DNA from: Candidatus Binatia bacterium
Lineage (GTDB): Bacteria > Desulfobacterota > Binatia > UBA9968 > JAJDTQ01
Length of the DNA stretch: 64,000 nt
Direction of reading: 5' to 3'
NCBI GenBank assembly: GCA_963666515.2
Contig: OY762897.2
Span: 1,248,001 to 1,312,000 of the forward strand
The notes under the pieces were generated by a model that was given only the letters and a program-made list of their open reading frames with translations, made no database searches and had not been told where the DNA came from. Below are positions 43,187-53,479 of the stretch, piece by piece; the stretch's first letter is position 1, and every line of letters starts with the position of its first letter. A program made the position numbers and the translations under genes.

Positions 43187-44464
43187 GTGTTCATCCTCTA
43201 CAACGCGCTCCTTCACGCGGGGCTGCTCCTGGGACTGCTGGCGTGGCCCCTGGGCTTCTTCCTGCGCCGTCATCCCTACCGGGGGCTGCGGGAGCGCTTC
43301 ACGGCGTACCCGCCGGATCTCACGGCGCGCCTTGCCGGGTCCCGTCCCATCTGGATTCACGCCGCTTCCGTGGGCGAAGTGCGATCCGCCGCTCCGCTGG
43401 TGCGGCGCATGAGGATGAAGTGGCCGGAGCGCAAGCTCCTGGTGTCGACGGTGACCGTCACCGGACGCCAGACCGCTCGCGAAGCGCTGCCCGACGTCGA
43501 CGCCGTGACCTATCTGCCGCTCGATCTGCCGTGGCTCGTTTCCCGAAGTCTCCGCCGGCTCGACCCCGAGGTCGTCATTCTGCTGGAAACGGAGATCTGG
43601 CCGAACTTCATCCGGGCCGCGGGCCGGCTGCGGATTCCGACATTGGTTCTGAGCGGCCGCCTGTCTCCCCGCGGCGCGCGCACGTACGAGCGTTTCCGGG
43701 CGCTTTTCAGGCCGGTGCTGGATGAGGTGGCAGGCTTCGGAATGCAGGACCGCGAGAACGCCGACCGCCTGCTGCGTCTCGGCGTGGACCCGCTCAAGGT
43801 GGCCGTCACCGGCTCCCTGAAGCATGCCGCGGCGGAAGCAGGTGCGCTCCCGCAAGTCCCGGTTTCCGGCAACCAACGCGGTCCCGTCGTGGTGGCGGGG
43901 AGCACCCATCGCGGCGAGGAGGAGGTCCTGCTGGAGGTTCTCCCCGAGTTGCGCCGCCGGTTTCCGGGCCTTCTCATGGTTCTCGCCCCAAGGCATCCGG
44001 AGCGGTTCGGTGAGGTGGAGCGGTTGCTCCGGCAAGGAAAGCTGGATTACCGCAAGCAGAGCGCGACGGGCGGAGCGCAATCGCCTGACTGTGGAGTCCT
44101 GCTGCTGGACACCCTGGGTGACTTGCCGCAGTACTACGGCTGGGCCGACGCGGCCTTCGTGGGCGGCAGCCTGGCGCCCGCCGGGGGGCACAACCTCATG
44201 GAGCCGGCGCGCTGGGGCACGCCCGTGCTTTTCGGGCCGCATCACGCCAACGTCGCCGAGGCCGCGCGGGAGCTGTTGCGGCAGGGCGGCGGCGTCGAGG
44301 TCCGGGACGGACAGGATCTCCTCAGGGAGGTCACGGACCTCCTGTCGGACCGTGCGCGGGCGGCCGCCATGGGGCGTTGCGCCCGGGCGGTGGCCGAGAC
44401 CGACCGGGAGGTGCTGTCGCGCAGCATGAGCCTGATCTACCGGCAGCTCCGGGATCGGCCGTGA
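43187..44464 (+). CDS. waaA: Kdo transferase
   Basis: [42 protein letters not shown]. Confidence 0.94.
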   Translation: MFILYNALLHAGLLLGLLAWPLGFFLRRHPYRGLRERFTAYPPDLTARLAGSRPIWIHAASVGEVRSAAPLVRRMRMKWPERKLLVSTVTVTGRQTAREALPDVDAVTYLPLDLPWLVSRSLRRLDPEVVILLETEIWPNFIRAAGRLRIPTLVLSGRLSPRGARTYERFRALFRPVLDEVAGFGMQDRENADRLLRLGVDPLKVAVTGSLKHAAAEAGALPQVPVSGNQRGPVVVAGSTHRGEEEVLLEVLPELRRRFPGLLMVLAPRHPERFGEVERLLRQGKLDYRKQSATGGAQSPDCGVLLLDTLGDLPQYYGWADAAFVGGSLAPAGGHNLMEPARWGTPVLFGPHHANVAEAARELLRQGGGVEVRDGQDLLREVTDLLSDRARAAAMGRCARAVAETDREVLSRSMSLIYRQLRDRP

Positions 44465-45567
44465 CCATGGCCGCGGGCACGGGGACGGCTCTGGTCATGG
44501 ACGCCTGGAAACGCCGCGGCGTTGCCGGCCGCGCCCTGTGGGCGCTGCTGCTGCCGTGGAGCGCGGCGTTCGGCGCCGCGGTCGGGGCGCGGAACCTTCT
44601 GTACGACCTCCGTTGGCTCAGGACCCGGCGGCTCCCCCTCCCGGTGGTCAGCGTCGGAAACCTCACGGTCGGGGGCACGGGCAAGACCCCGGCCGCGCTG
44701 TGGCTGGCGCAGAGCCTGCGGCGCCGCGGCCTCAACGCCGCGGTGCTGAGCCGCGGCTACGGCGGCGGCCGGGCGGCCGGGCGGCCCGCCACCGTCAAGG
44801 CGGAAGACGATCGGGCGTGGCTGGACGAACCTGCCGGGGAGCTGCTCGAATCCGGTGACGAGCCGGTCCTCTTGAGCGCCCTCTACGGGCTGACCGTAGG
44901 CGTCGGCGCCGACCGTTACCGGGCGGGCATGGAGTTGAGCCGGGAATCGCCGGACGCGCACCTTTTCCTGCTGGACGACGGGTTCCAGCATCGCCGCCTG
45001 GAACGGGATCTCGACATCGTCCTGCTGGGCGCCGACTGCGCCGGGTCGATGCTGCCGGCGGGCCCTTTCCGGGAGCCGCTGCGGTCGCTGCGGCGCGCGG
45101 ACGTCCTCGTGATCACCGGCGCTCACGACCGCTGGCGGTCGATCCTGCGGGACCGTTTCGACGCTTCCAGGACCTTCTTCGCCGCCATCGAGCCGCGCGC
45201 TCTCCTGAGCCGCGCCGGACACGGCTTGAAGGAGTTTCCGCTGGCGGACCTCGCCGGCGTCAGGGTCCTGGCGGTTTCGGGCGTTGCCAAGCCGGAACGG
45301 TTCTACGACATGATCCGCGAATGTGAAGCGACCGTCGTCGAGACGCTGGAATATCCCGACCACCATTCCTATTCCGATAGGGACTGGCGCGAGATCAACC
45401 GCAACCGAAACCGGGTCGACAGGATCGTCACGACCGAGAAGGACTACGTGAAGCTCGCGCGCTTTCCCTTCTCCGCAGGCAGGCTTGCGGCGTTGAAGGT
45501 CGAAATGTCCGTTGACAGGCCGGAAGAGTTGCTGGACCGCGTCGCCGAGGTCGTGGAGAGGGTCTGA
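44461..45567 (+). CDS. lpxK: tetraacyldisaccharide 4'-kinase
   Basis: [43 protein letters not shown]. Confidence 0.94.
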   Translation: MTMAAGTGTALVMDAWKRRGVAGRALWALLLPWSAAFGAAVGARNLLYDLRWLRTRRLPLPVVSVGNLTVGGTGKTPAALWLAQSLRRRGLNAAVLSRGYGGGRAAGRPATVKAEDDRAWLDEPAGELLESGDEPVLLSALYGLTVGVGADRYRAGMELSRESPDAHLFLLDDGFQHRRLERDLDIVLLGADCAGSMLPAGPFREPLRSLRRADVLVITGAHDRWRSILRDRFDASRTFFAAIEPRALLSRAGHGLKEFPLADLAGVRVLAVSGVAKPERFYDMIRECEATVVETLEYPDHHSYSDRDWREINRNRNRVDRIVTTEKDYVKLARFPFSAGRLAALKVEMSVDRPEELLDRVAEVVERV

Positions 45568-45580
45568 TGCGGTTGGAGCG

Positions 45581-46327
45581 ATGAGACCGGGCGAGACGAT
45601 TCCGGCGGGATTCGAGAAGGTGGTCCCCGCACCCGGTCTGACCGCGTGGGTGGCCCACGGCGTCGACGCCGGCCCGCTCGTGTCCCGGGTGCTCAAGCCT
45701 GCCGACACGCCGGCGCGGCACTTCGGGCGCGCGGGCCTGCAGGCGGTGGCGCTGGCGGACCGCGGGCACGCTCTGGTCCGTTCATGCCGGCACGGAGGGG
45801 TGCTGCGCCACCTCACCCGCGGCTGGTTCATCAGCCGGCCGCCCAGGCCGTTCGTGGAACTGGCGGTCACCGTTGCGGCCCGGCAGCGGGGACTGGCGGC
45901 GCCGGAGGTCCTGGCCGCGCTGGTGGCGCGTGGGTTCGGTCCCTGGTACCGGGGCTGGCTGGTCACCCGGGAGCTGGAGGACGCGCGCGATCTGTGGGCG
46001 GCGCTCCGGGAAGACCTCTCCGGCGCCGAGAAGGAGGCCGTGCTGCGGGGCGTCGGCCGTGTGTTGCGCCTCATGCACGCTTCCGGCATCGACCATGCCG
46101 ACCTCAATCTGAGGAACATCCTGGTCGTGCGCGGGAAGCCGTGCCCGGAAATCTACGTCATCGACTTCGACAAGGCGCGCCTCTTCCAGGGACCGGTGCC
46201 GGCGGCCAGCGCGCAACGGAACCTGCGCCGCCTGCTGCGCTCGGTCAACAAGCTCGACGGCGGGCGGGTGAGGGTCCGGCCGGAGGACTGGACGTGCCTC
46301 ATGGACGCCTACCGGTCCGGTGACTGA
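45581..46327 (+). CDS. Kdo kinase-like protein (KdkA/InaA family)
   Basis: GRA..., R...HGG, HADLN..NIL, IDFDK, NL.RL.RS..K; follows waaA-lpxK. Confidence 0.8.
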   Translation: MRPGETIPAGFEKVVPAPGLTAWVAHGVDAGPLVSRVLKPADTPARHFGRAGLQAVALADRGHALVRSCRHGGVLRHLTRGWFISRPPRPFVELAVTVAARQRGLAAPEVLAALVARGFGPWYRGWLVTRELEDARDLWAALREDLSGAEKEAVLRGVGRVLRLMHASGIDHADLNLRNILVVRGKPCPEIYVIDFDKARLFQGPVPAASAQRNLRRLLRSVNKLDGGRVRVRPEDWTCLMDAYRSGD

Positions 46328-46341
46328 CGAAAACGGCTGGT

Positions 46342-46370
46342 TTGCATTGCAGGATGCATGAAGATAAAAT
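46342..46370 (+). promoter_or_regulatory. putative sigma70 promoter of the first RRM gene
   Basis: TTGCAT-17 nt-TAAAAT. Confidence 0.55.
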
Positions 46371-46473
46371 CGTCGCCAATTGCGGCTAGGACGCGAGCGG
46401 GCGACATCGGCACGAGCGGCGGCAACCCGAACGTCGGGCGCCGGCCGCCGGAATCTCGAATTCGGAGTTTTCC

Positions 46474-46737
46474 ATGGGTGACAGATTGTACGTGAGCGGG
46501 CTGCCTTACGCCGTAACCGAAGCCCAGTTGCACGACCTCTTCTCGGAGCATGGGTCGGTGGCGTCGGCCAGGATCGTCACCGACCGTTTCACCGGCCGTT
46601 CCCGCGGCTTCGGGTTCGTCGAGATGGGCTCCGAGGCCGAGGCCATGGCCGCCATGGAGGCATTGAACGGCACCGAGCTTCAGGGGCGCGTCCTCAAGGT
46701 GAACGAGGCCCACGAACGGCGAACGCGGGACACCTGA
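46474..46737 (+). CDS. RRM-domain RNA-binding protein
   Basis: RNP2 LYVSGL and RNP1 RGFGFVEM. Confidence 0.93.
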   Translation: MGDRLYVSGLPYAVTEAQLHDLFSEHGSVASARIVTDRFTGRSRGFGFVEMGSEAEAMAAMEALNGTELQGRVLKVNEAHERRTRDT

Positions 46738-46750
46738 ACGCGAACGGACC

Positions 46751-48130
46751 ATGAAGGCACAAGGGATTACCGTCACGGGTTGCAGTATTCTTCCGATGAC
46801 GGGCGCCGCGGCGGTCATCGAGTCCGGCTACGTCAGCGTCCTGGACGGCGTCATCACCGCGGTCGGCGCGGGCGAGCCCCCGACAGGGGAGGCCGGGGAG
46901 GGGGGCGACGTCATCGACGGCCGGGGCAAGGTGCTGATGCCGGGCCTGATCAACGCCCACACCCACCTCTACCAAGTGCTCCTGAGGGCGGTGTGGGAGG
47001 ACATGCCGTTCCTGGCGTGGCTCAAGCGCATCTACGGTGTGGCCGAAGCCCTGAACCCGGAGCACGTCCGGGCCGGGACGCTGCTGGGATGCCTGGAGAA
47101 CCTCAAGGGCGGCGTAACCACCGTCTGCGAGCACAACTTCCTCAACCCGGACGCCGAGTGCGCCGCCGCGGCCGTGGACGCCATCTCGGAGTCCGGCCTG
47201 CGGGGCGTATTCGCCCGCACCGTCATGGACACCGGGGAGATCGTGCCGGACTGTACCAAGGAGACTCCGGAGACGGCCTTCAACCGGATCGAGGACCTGA
47301 TGGCGCGTCATCGCGGCGACGGCCCGCCGCCGGAAGACCGCCGCCTCACCTTCCGCACGGGACCCAACACGCCGCCCATCAACGCTTCTCCCGACCTTCT
47401 CCGGGAGATACGGCGGTTCGCCGACCACCATTCCATCGGCATCAGCGCCCACGTGGCCGAGTCGGCATCGGTGGTGGAGGTCACGCGCCGGGAACTCGGG
47501 CGGCCGGGCGTGGTCGCCCATCTGAAGGACTTCGGTATTCACGGGGAAGACGCCATCTTCGCCCACAGCGTGCACCTGTCGCCAGAGGAGATCGGACACC
47601 TGGCCGAGACCGGAACGTGCGTGTCGCACAACCCGGTGAGCAACATGATGCTGGGCGACGGCATCGCGCCGGTGGTGGAGATGCTGGCCGCCGGGGTCAA
47701 GGTCGGGCTCGGCAGCGACGGGGCCGCCAGCAACCACAGCCAGGACCTGTTCGAGACCATGAAGGCGGCGTCGCTGCTGCAGAAGGTCAAGCATCAGGAC
47801 GCCGGCGTCATCGATCCCTACAGCGTGCTGCGCATGGCCACGGTGGACGGCGCCCACGCGATGGGACTGGCGTCCGTCTGCGGCACGGTGGAGGCGGGCA
47901 AGCGCGCGGACCTGATCCTGGTGGACGTGGAGACGCCCCACTTCCAGCCCGTCAACGACCTGGTCAGCCAACTGGTGCACTGCGCCAAGGCGACCGACGT
48001 GGACACGGTGCTGGTGGATGGAAGGGTGCTCATGCGCGAGCGCCGGTGCCCGTCGCTGGACGAGCCTGAAATCCTGCGGCGAGCCCAGGCCGCGCAAGGC
48101 GATCTCATGGCGCGCCTTGCCGCCGCCTAG
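46751..48130 (+). CDS. amidohydrolase (MtaD/SAH-deaminase-like)
   Basis: PGLINAHTH, HVAES, AHSVHL, SHNPVSN, GSDGAASN, GKRADL. Confidence 0.85.
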   Translation: MKAQGITVTGCSILPMTGAAAVIESGYVSVLDGVITAVGAGEPPTGEAGEGGDVIDGRGKVLMPGLINAHTHLYQVLLRAVWEDMPFLAWLKRIYGVAEALNPEHVRAGTLLGCLENLKGGVTTVCEHNFLNPDAECAAAAVDAISESGLRGVFARTVMDTGEIVPDCTKETPETAFNRIEDLMARHRGDGPPPEDRRLTFRTGPNTPPINASPDLLREIRRFADHHSIGISAHVAESASVVEVTRRELGRPGVVAHLKDFGIHGEDAIFAHSVHLSPEEIGHLAETGTCVSHNPVSNMMLGDGIAPVVEMLAAGVKVGLGSDGAASNHSQDLFETMKAASLLQKVKHQDAGVIDPYSVLRMATVDGAHAMGLASVCGTVEAGKRADLILVDVETPHFQPVNDLVSQLVHCAKATDVDTVLVDGRVLMRERRCPSLDEPEILRRAQAAQGDLMARLAAA

Positions 48131-48166
48131 CGCGGGCCGGTTCACGTCCGCTCGCGCGGAGCGGGA

Positions 48167-48388
48167 TCAGTTTCGGTGCCGGTAGGTAATCCGTCCGCGG
48201 CTCAGGTCGTAGGGCGACAGCTCCAGGGTGACCCGGTCGCCGGGCAGAATCTTGATGTAGAATTTGCGCATCTTCCCCGCGGTGTACGCGAGGACGTTGT
48301 GCTTGTTGTCCAGTTCGACTTTGAACATGGCGTTGGGAAGGCTCTCCATCACCGTGCCGGTAACCTCGATGTTGTCCTGCTTGCTCAT
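48167..48388 (-). CDS. infA: translation initiation factor IF-1
   Basis: [16 protein letters not shown]...IKILPGD.V..ELSPYDL.RGRITYR. Confidence 0.97.
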   Translation of the reverse strand: MSKQDNIEVTGTVMESLPNAMFKVELDNKHNVLAYTAGKMRKFYIKILPGDRVTLELSPYDLSRGRITYRHRN

Positions 48389-48537
48389 AGCGTGTGCTCC
48401 TTGCAGCGAACCTCCTCTCCCGGAAGCGGCCGGCCGCTCCGTTTCTTGACGCCATAATTAGCCTACGCGCCGCGAATTGTCCATCCCCGCGCGGATGCGT
48501 TGCAATCCACTCCCCCGTGTGGAAGACTCGGACGTTC

Positions 48538-48912
48538 ATGAGCGCGGACCGTCTATTCCTCCTGTTGGGGTCCCTTTCCGGCTTCACCGGAGTCGTGCTG
48601 GGAGCGTTCGCCGCCCACGGTCTGCGGGGAAGACTGACGGACGAACTGCTCAACGTGTTCGAGACCGGCGTCCGCTACCAGATATACCATGCCCTGGCCT
48701 TGTTGCTGGTGGCGTTGGCTTTCTCCCGCTGGCCCCGCGGCGAGTTCGCGGTGGCGGGATGGTGCTTCGTGCTGGGGACGGTGGTGTTCTCGGGAAGCCT
48801 CTACGCGTTGAGTCTCACGGGCACCCGGTGGCTGGGCGCCGTCACTCCCATCGGCGGGCTCGCGTTCCTGCTGGGCTGGCTCAGCATTGCCTGGGGCGCC
48901 TGGAAAGGGTAG
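48538..48912 (+). CDS. DUF423 membrane protein (YgdD/TMEM256 family)
   Basis: LGAFAAHGL, FETGVRYQ.YHALAL, FSGSLY, LGAVTPIGG. Confidence 0.9.
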   Translation: MSADRLFLLLGSLSGFTGVVLGAFAAHGLRGRLTDELLNVFETGVRYQIYHALALLLVALAFSRWPRGEFAVAGWCFVLGTVVFSGSLYALSLTGTRWLGAVTPIGGLAFLLGWLSIAWGAWKG

Positions 48913-48981
48913 GCGGGGACACTCGTGACGCGCCGCGCCGCCGGAGACGGGAGGGCGCCGGTTCTCACAGGAGACGGAAGA

Positions 48982-50118
48982 ATGGCCAAGAACGGATTCA
49001 GGATACTCGATAGCGACATGCACATCATGGAGCCGCCGAACCTGTGGGAACGGTACCTGGAGCCCGAGTTCAAGGCCCAGGCGCCGCGCGGCGTAACCAG
49101 CGAGAACGTGCGCGACCTGCGCATGCAGCATCCCGACGGAAGGCTGTGGGGGCTGCCCGAGGTTCATGCCGGCAACGTCACCAAAGGGCACAACTTCGAG
49201 AAGAACCAGGGCATCTATGGCGACCACGCCGCCCGCGGCTGGGCGGCGGAGGTCCAGTTGGAGGCCATGGACATCGAGGGCATCGACGTGGCGGTGCTCT
49301 ACCCCACCCGGGGCCTCCAGGCGCTCAGCGAGGGGGACATGGACCCTCGTTTCGCCGCGGCGCTGGCGCGGGCGTACAACAACTGGCTCTACGATTTCTG
49401 CAGCGCCGACCCCGCCCGGCTGCTGGGGGCGGGCATGCTTTCGCCCCTGGACGTGGACGAGGCCGTGGCCGAGGCCCGACGCTGCACCCGGGAACTCGGC
49501 TTCCGCGGGATCTTCATGCGCTCGAACCCCATCAACGGGCGCAACTTCCACGACGAGTACTACGAGCCTCTGTGGAGTGAGCTGGAGGAGCTGGGGATGC
49601 CTCTGGGCCTGCACGAATCGTCGTCTTCGGGGGTGCGGCAGGTGGGCGACCAGTTCGAGCCCAACTTCATGCTCCGGCGCGTGTTCGCCCAGCCCGTGGA
49701 GCAGATGCTGGCCCTGGGCAGCATCTGCGCGGGCGGGGTCCTGGCCCGTCACCCGGACCTGAGGGTGGCCTTCCTGGAGGCCAACTGCGGCTGGCTGCCG
49801 TGGCTGCTCTGGCGCATGGACGAAGGCTACGAGAGGGAAGCCGACGTGTGGTCGCCGGACCTGGCGATGGCGCCGAGCGACTATTTCAAGCGGCAGTGCT
49901 TCGTTTCGGTGGAGCCGGACGAAGCTCCCGTCAAGTACGTCATCGACTACATGGGGAACGACCGCATCGTGTTCTCCACGGACTACCCGCACGGCGACTC
50001 CAAGTTCCCCCACGCGGTGGAGAGCTTCCTGGAACTCTCCACCATCAGCGAGGAAGACAAGCACAAGATACTCTGGGACAACTGCGCGGCCTACTATTCC
50101 CTGGACCGGGATGCATGA
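48982..50118 (+). CDS. amidohydrolase_2 family protein (decarboxylase/hydratase-like)
   Basis: DSDMH..EP, MD.EGID.AVLYPT, RAYNNWL.DFC, FLEAN.GW, FSTDYPH.D. Confidence 0.88.
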   Translation: MAKNGFRILDSDMHIMEPPNLWERYLEPEFKAQAPRGVTSENVRDLRMQHPDGRLWGLPEVHAGNVTKGHNFEKNQGIYGDHAARGWAAEVQLEAMDIEGIDVAVLYPTRGLQALSEGDMDPRFAAALARAYNNWLYDFCSADPARLLGAGMLSPLDVDEAVAEARRCTRELGFRGIFMRSNPINGRNFHDEYYEPLWSELEELGMPLGLHESSSSGVRQVGDQFEPNFMLRRVFAQPVEQMLALGSICAGGVLARHPDLRVAFLEANCGWLPWLLWRMDEGYEREADVWSPDLAMAPSDYFKRQCFVSVEPDEAPVKYVIDYMGNDRIVFSTDYPHGDSKFPHAVESFLELSTISEEDKHKILWDNCAAYYSLDRDA

Positions 50119-51265
50119 CGGCCGGCCGGTCCGCGGGACGCTCTTCGCGGGAGCGCTCCTGTGGAACCTGTGCAACGGCATGCTGTTCGTGCTCACGCCG
50201 CTCTTCGGCGTGACCCTCGGCCTGTCCGTGCTCGACATCGGCTCCCTGGTGGGGCTTCCGTATCTGCTGACCATCATCATGCGTTTCGCCGGCGGCGCCC
50301 TGGCGGACCGTTACGGCGAGCATCGCATGTTGCAGGCCTGCTACTCGCTCAACGTGCTGGCCGCGGTGGCCCTGTGCATGGCCAGCGGCTTTTTCTCGCT
50401 GATGCTGTCCAGCGCGCTGGCGAACCTTTCCCGCAGCATCTTCTGGGTTCCGGCCCAGTCCATGGCCAGCCAGCTTTCCAGCCTCAATCCCGGCAGGATG
50501 CTGGGCCAGTTGTCCGCGGCCAACTACACCGGCTCACTGCTGGGACTGGCTCTCGGAGGGATACTGGCCGGCTGGCTGGGGTACGGCGTCACTTTCCTTC
50601 TGCTCACCGCGGGCTGCGTCGCCGGCATGCTGCTGGGCCTGGTCCTCCCGCCGATCCGCTCCAGACCCGCGGGCCGCACCGTCTGGCAGGTGGCCGCGGG
50701 AATGAGCCGGCGGTTGATCGAGCGGCGCACCTGGCTGCTGCTTACCACCTCGTGCGCGGCCGCGGTGCCCTTCGGCATCACGCAGTCCATCTATCCGGTC
50801 TACATGAGCGGTCTCGCCTTCACCGAGGGGTGGATCAGCGTGGTGATCGCGGTACGCTCCATCGGCCCGGTGGTCATCGGCCTGGCCCTCGGGTCCGAGA
50901 TCACCATCGAGCGCGAGAAGGCGTTCTACGCGGTCAGCATGGGAGGCCTCGGCGCGTGCATCCTCGCCAGCGCCTGGACCGGAGGATGGCTGCTGATGGG
51001 GCTCTGCATCGCCGGCCTGGGCATGGCCGGCGCGGTGGCGGACCTGCTCAACCAGGTCCAGGCCGTGGACCTCAGCCGGGCCAGCGACCGGTCAGCGGTC
51101 ATGGGGGTCACCGGCCTCGGCTGGAACATGGCTCCCATGGTCCTCCCACTGCTCCTGGGCTGGGCCGCGGACGTGTGGGGCTTCGGGATCATGTTCTTCG
51201 CTTCCGGCTGTTTCTTCCTGCTGGTGGCCCTGAGCACGCCCGCGATCTACCGTATTCTGCGTTAG
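50111..51265 (+). CDS. MFS transporter
   Basis: About 12 hydrophobic segments; motif A GGALADRYGE. Confidence 0.85.
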   Translation: MHDGRPVRGTLFAGALLWNLCNGMLFVLTPLFGVTLGLSVLDIGSLVGLPYLLTIIMRFAGGALADRYGEHRMLQACYSLNVLAAVALCMASGFFSLMLSSALANLSRSIFWVPAQSMASQLSSLNPGRMLGQLSAANYTGSLLGLALGGILAGWLGYGVTFLLLTAGCVAGMLLGLVLPPIRSRPAGRTVWQVAAGMSRRLIERRTWLLLTTSCAAAVPFGITQSIYPVYMSGLAFTEGWISVVIAVRSIGPVVIGLALGSEITIEREKAFYAVSMGGLGACILASAWTGGWLLMGLCIAGLGMAGAVADLLNQVQAVDLSRASDRSAVMGVTGLGWNMAPMVLPLLLGWAADVWGFGIMFFASGCFFLLVALSTPAIYRILR

Positions 51266-51290
51266 TCTCCACGGGCCGGGGAAACCGCTG

Positions 51291-51319
51291 TTGACACCCG
51301 CGACGCGGGCCAATAAGAT
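51291..51319 (+). promoter_or_regulatory. putative sigma70 promoter of the second RRM gene
   Basis: TTGACA-17 nt-TAAGAT. Confidence 0.7.
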
Positions 51320-51461
51320 GATCGAAGGGTGAGAAGCCCTGTTCCGCTTTGTCTGAGACAGCGTAAGACCAAAGCCGACCGGAGTGTCGTGATCCTTCCA
51401 CGTTTGCTCTGCTCCTTTCGCCGTGCCTGTCTCGTGGTCCAACAGAATGACGGAGGAGAGC

Positions 51462-51770
51462 ATGAACGAGAAACTGTACGTGGGCGGTCTGCCGTATTCG
51501 ACAACGGAGGATCAGCTCCAGGACGTGTTCGCCGCGCACGGCACCGTGGTTTCAGCCAGAGTGATCACCGACAAGTTCACCGGCCGGTCCCGTGGATTCG
51601 GCTTCGTGGAAATGGGCTCCGGAGAAGAGGCACAACGGGCCATCGACGCCCTGCACGACTCGGAATTGGGAGGACGCAAGCTGACGGTGAGCGAGGCGCG
51701 TCCCCAGGAGCGTCGCGGGGGCTTCGGCGAAGGCCGGGGCGGCGGAGGCGGGGGCCGGAACCGCTGGTAG
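51462..51770 (+). CDS. RRM RNA-binding protein with Gly-rich tail
   Basis: LYVGGL, RGFGFVEM, C-terminal GGGGGGRNRW; SD GGAGGAG. Confidence 0.94.
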   Translation: MNEKLYVGGLPYSTTEDQLQDVFAAHGTVVSARVITDKFTGRSRGFGFVEMGSGEEAQRAIDALHDSELGGRKLTVSEARPQERRGGFGEGRGGGGGGRNRW

Positions 51771-51779
51771 AACGACTCG

Positions 51780-52472
<693 letters not shown>

Positions 52473-52617
52473 GGCATTCCCCTGATGCGCTGGTCGGCGG
52501 CCATTGTAACGCAACGCCTGCCGCATGAGAAACTCCCGGCACGGCCGTCCCCCGGACCGGACGCACCGGCGCGAAGCCACCGCTTGAAAGGACCCGCCGC
52601 TGCGGTTAACCTTGGGC

Positions 52618-53430
52618 ATGCCTTTCACGCGGGCCATCCGGCTGATGATTTGCGCGTTGCTGGCGGCCTTGGCCGTTGGCTGCGCGCCGCTCAGCGTGGA
52701 CCAGGAACGCAGCATGGGGGCCGACTTCTCCCGTGACTTCAACCGCCGCACGGCGCTCGTCCGGGACCCCGCCGTCGTGGGTTACGTGTCCGCCATCGGC
52801 AACAGGCTGTTGAAGCACGCGGGACCGCAACCCTTCACCTATCGCTTCAACGTCGTTCCGAAAGCCGAGGTCAACGCCTTCGCCGCGCCCGCCGGCTACA
52901 TCTACATTCATACCGGCACGATACTCAAGGCGCGCAACGTCAGCGAACTGGCCGGCGTCGTCGCCCACGAGATCGGGCACGTTGCCAAGCGGCATATCGC
53001 CAACAACTTCAACCGCGCGCTGGCCACCAACATTCTGCACCAGGTCGGCGTGGTCGCGGCGGAGGTGGCCGCGGGTCCAGAGGCGGGCAGGGCGGCCCAC
53101 AGCCTGGGCGGTCTTGCGGCCATGGGCTATCTCAACACCTTCAGCCGGGAGGCCGAACACGAAGCGGACGAGTTCGCCGTGCAGCTCATGTTCAAGGCCG
53201 GCTACGACCCCCGCGGTCTGACGGCGTTCTTCGAGACCCTCAGGAAGGAAGGCGGGTCATCGGTGCCGGCGTTTCTGAGGACCCATCCGGCGACCTCCGA
53301 GCGCATCGCCCAAACCCGTGCGATGATCCGCAGGCTGCCCGCGCAGGCCCGCCTGGAACGCCGCGACAATGGCCGGCTGGAGCGGATCCAGGGAATCCTT
53401 CGGAGGACCGCGGCCGAACGCCGGCCATGA
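52618..53430 (+). CDS. M48 family zinc metalloprotease lipoprotein (BepA/LoiP-like)
   Basis: Lipobox LAVGC, VNAFA.P.G, HEIGH, FSRE.E.EAD, THP...RI. Confidence 0.9.
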   Translation: MPFTRAIRLMICALLAALAVGCAPLSVDQERSMGADFSRDFNRRTALVRDPAVVGYVSAIGNRLLKHAGPQPFTYRFNVVPKAEVNAFAAPAGYIYIHTGTILKARNVSELAGVVAHEIGHVAKRHIANNFNRALATNILHQVGVVAAEVAAGPEAGRAAHSLGGLAAMGYLNTFSREAEHEADEFAVQLMFKAGYDPRGLTAFFETLRKEGGSSVPAFLRTHPATSERIAQTRAMIRRLPAQARLERRDNGRLERIQGILRRTAAERRP

Positions 53431-53479
53431 AGCCTGTGAGCGGACCCTTGCGGCAGGACTCCAGCGCGGAAAGACACCT

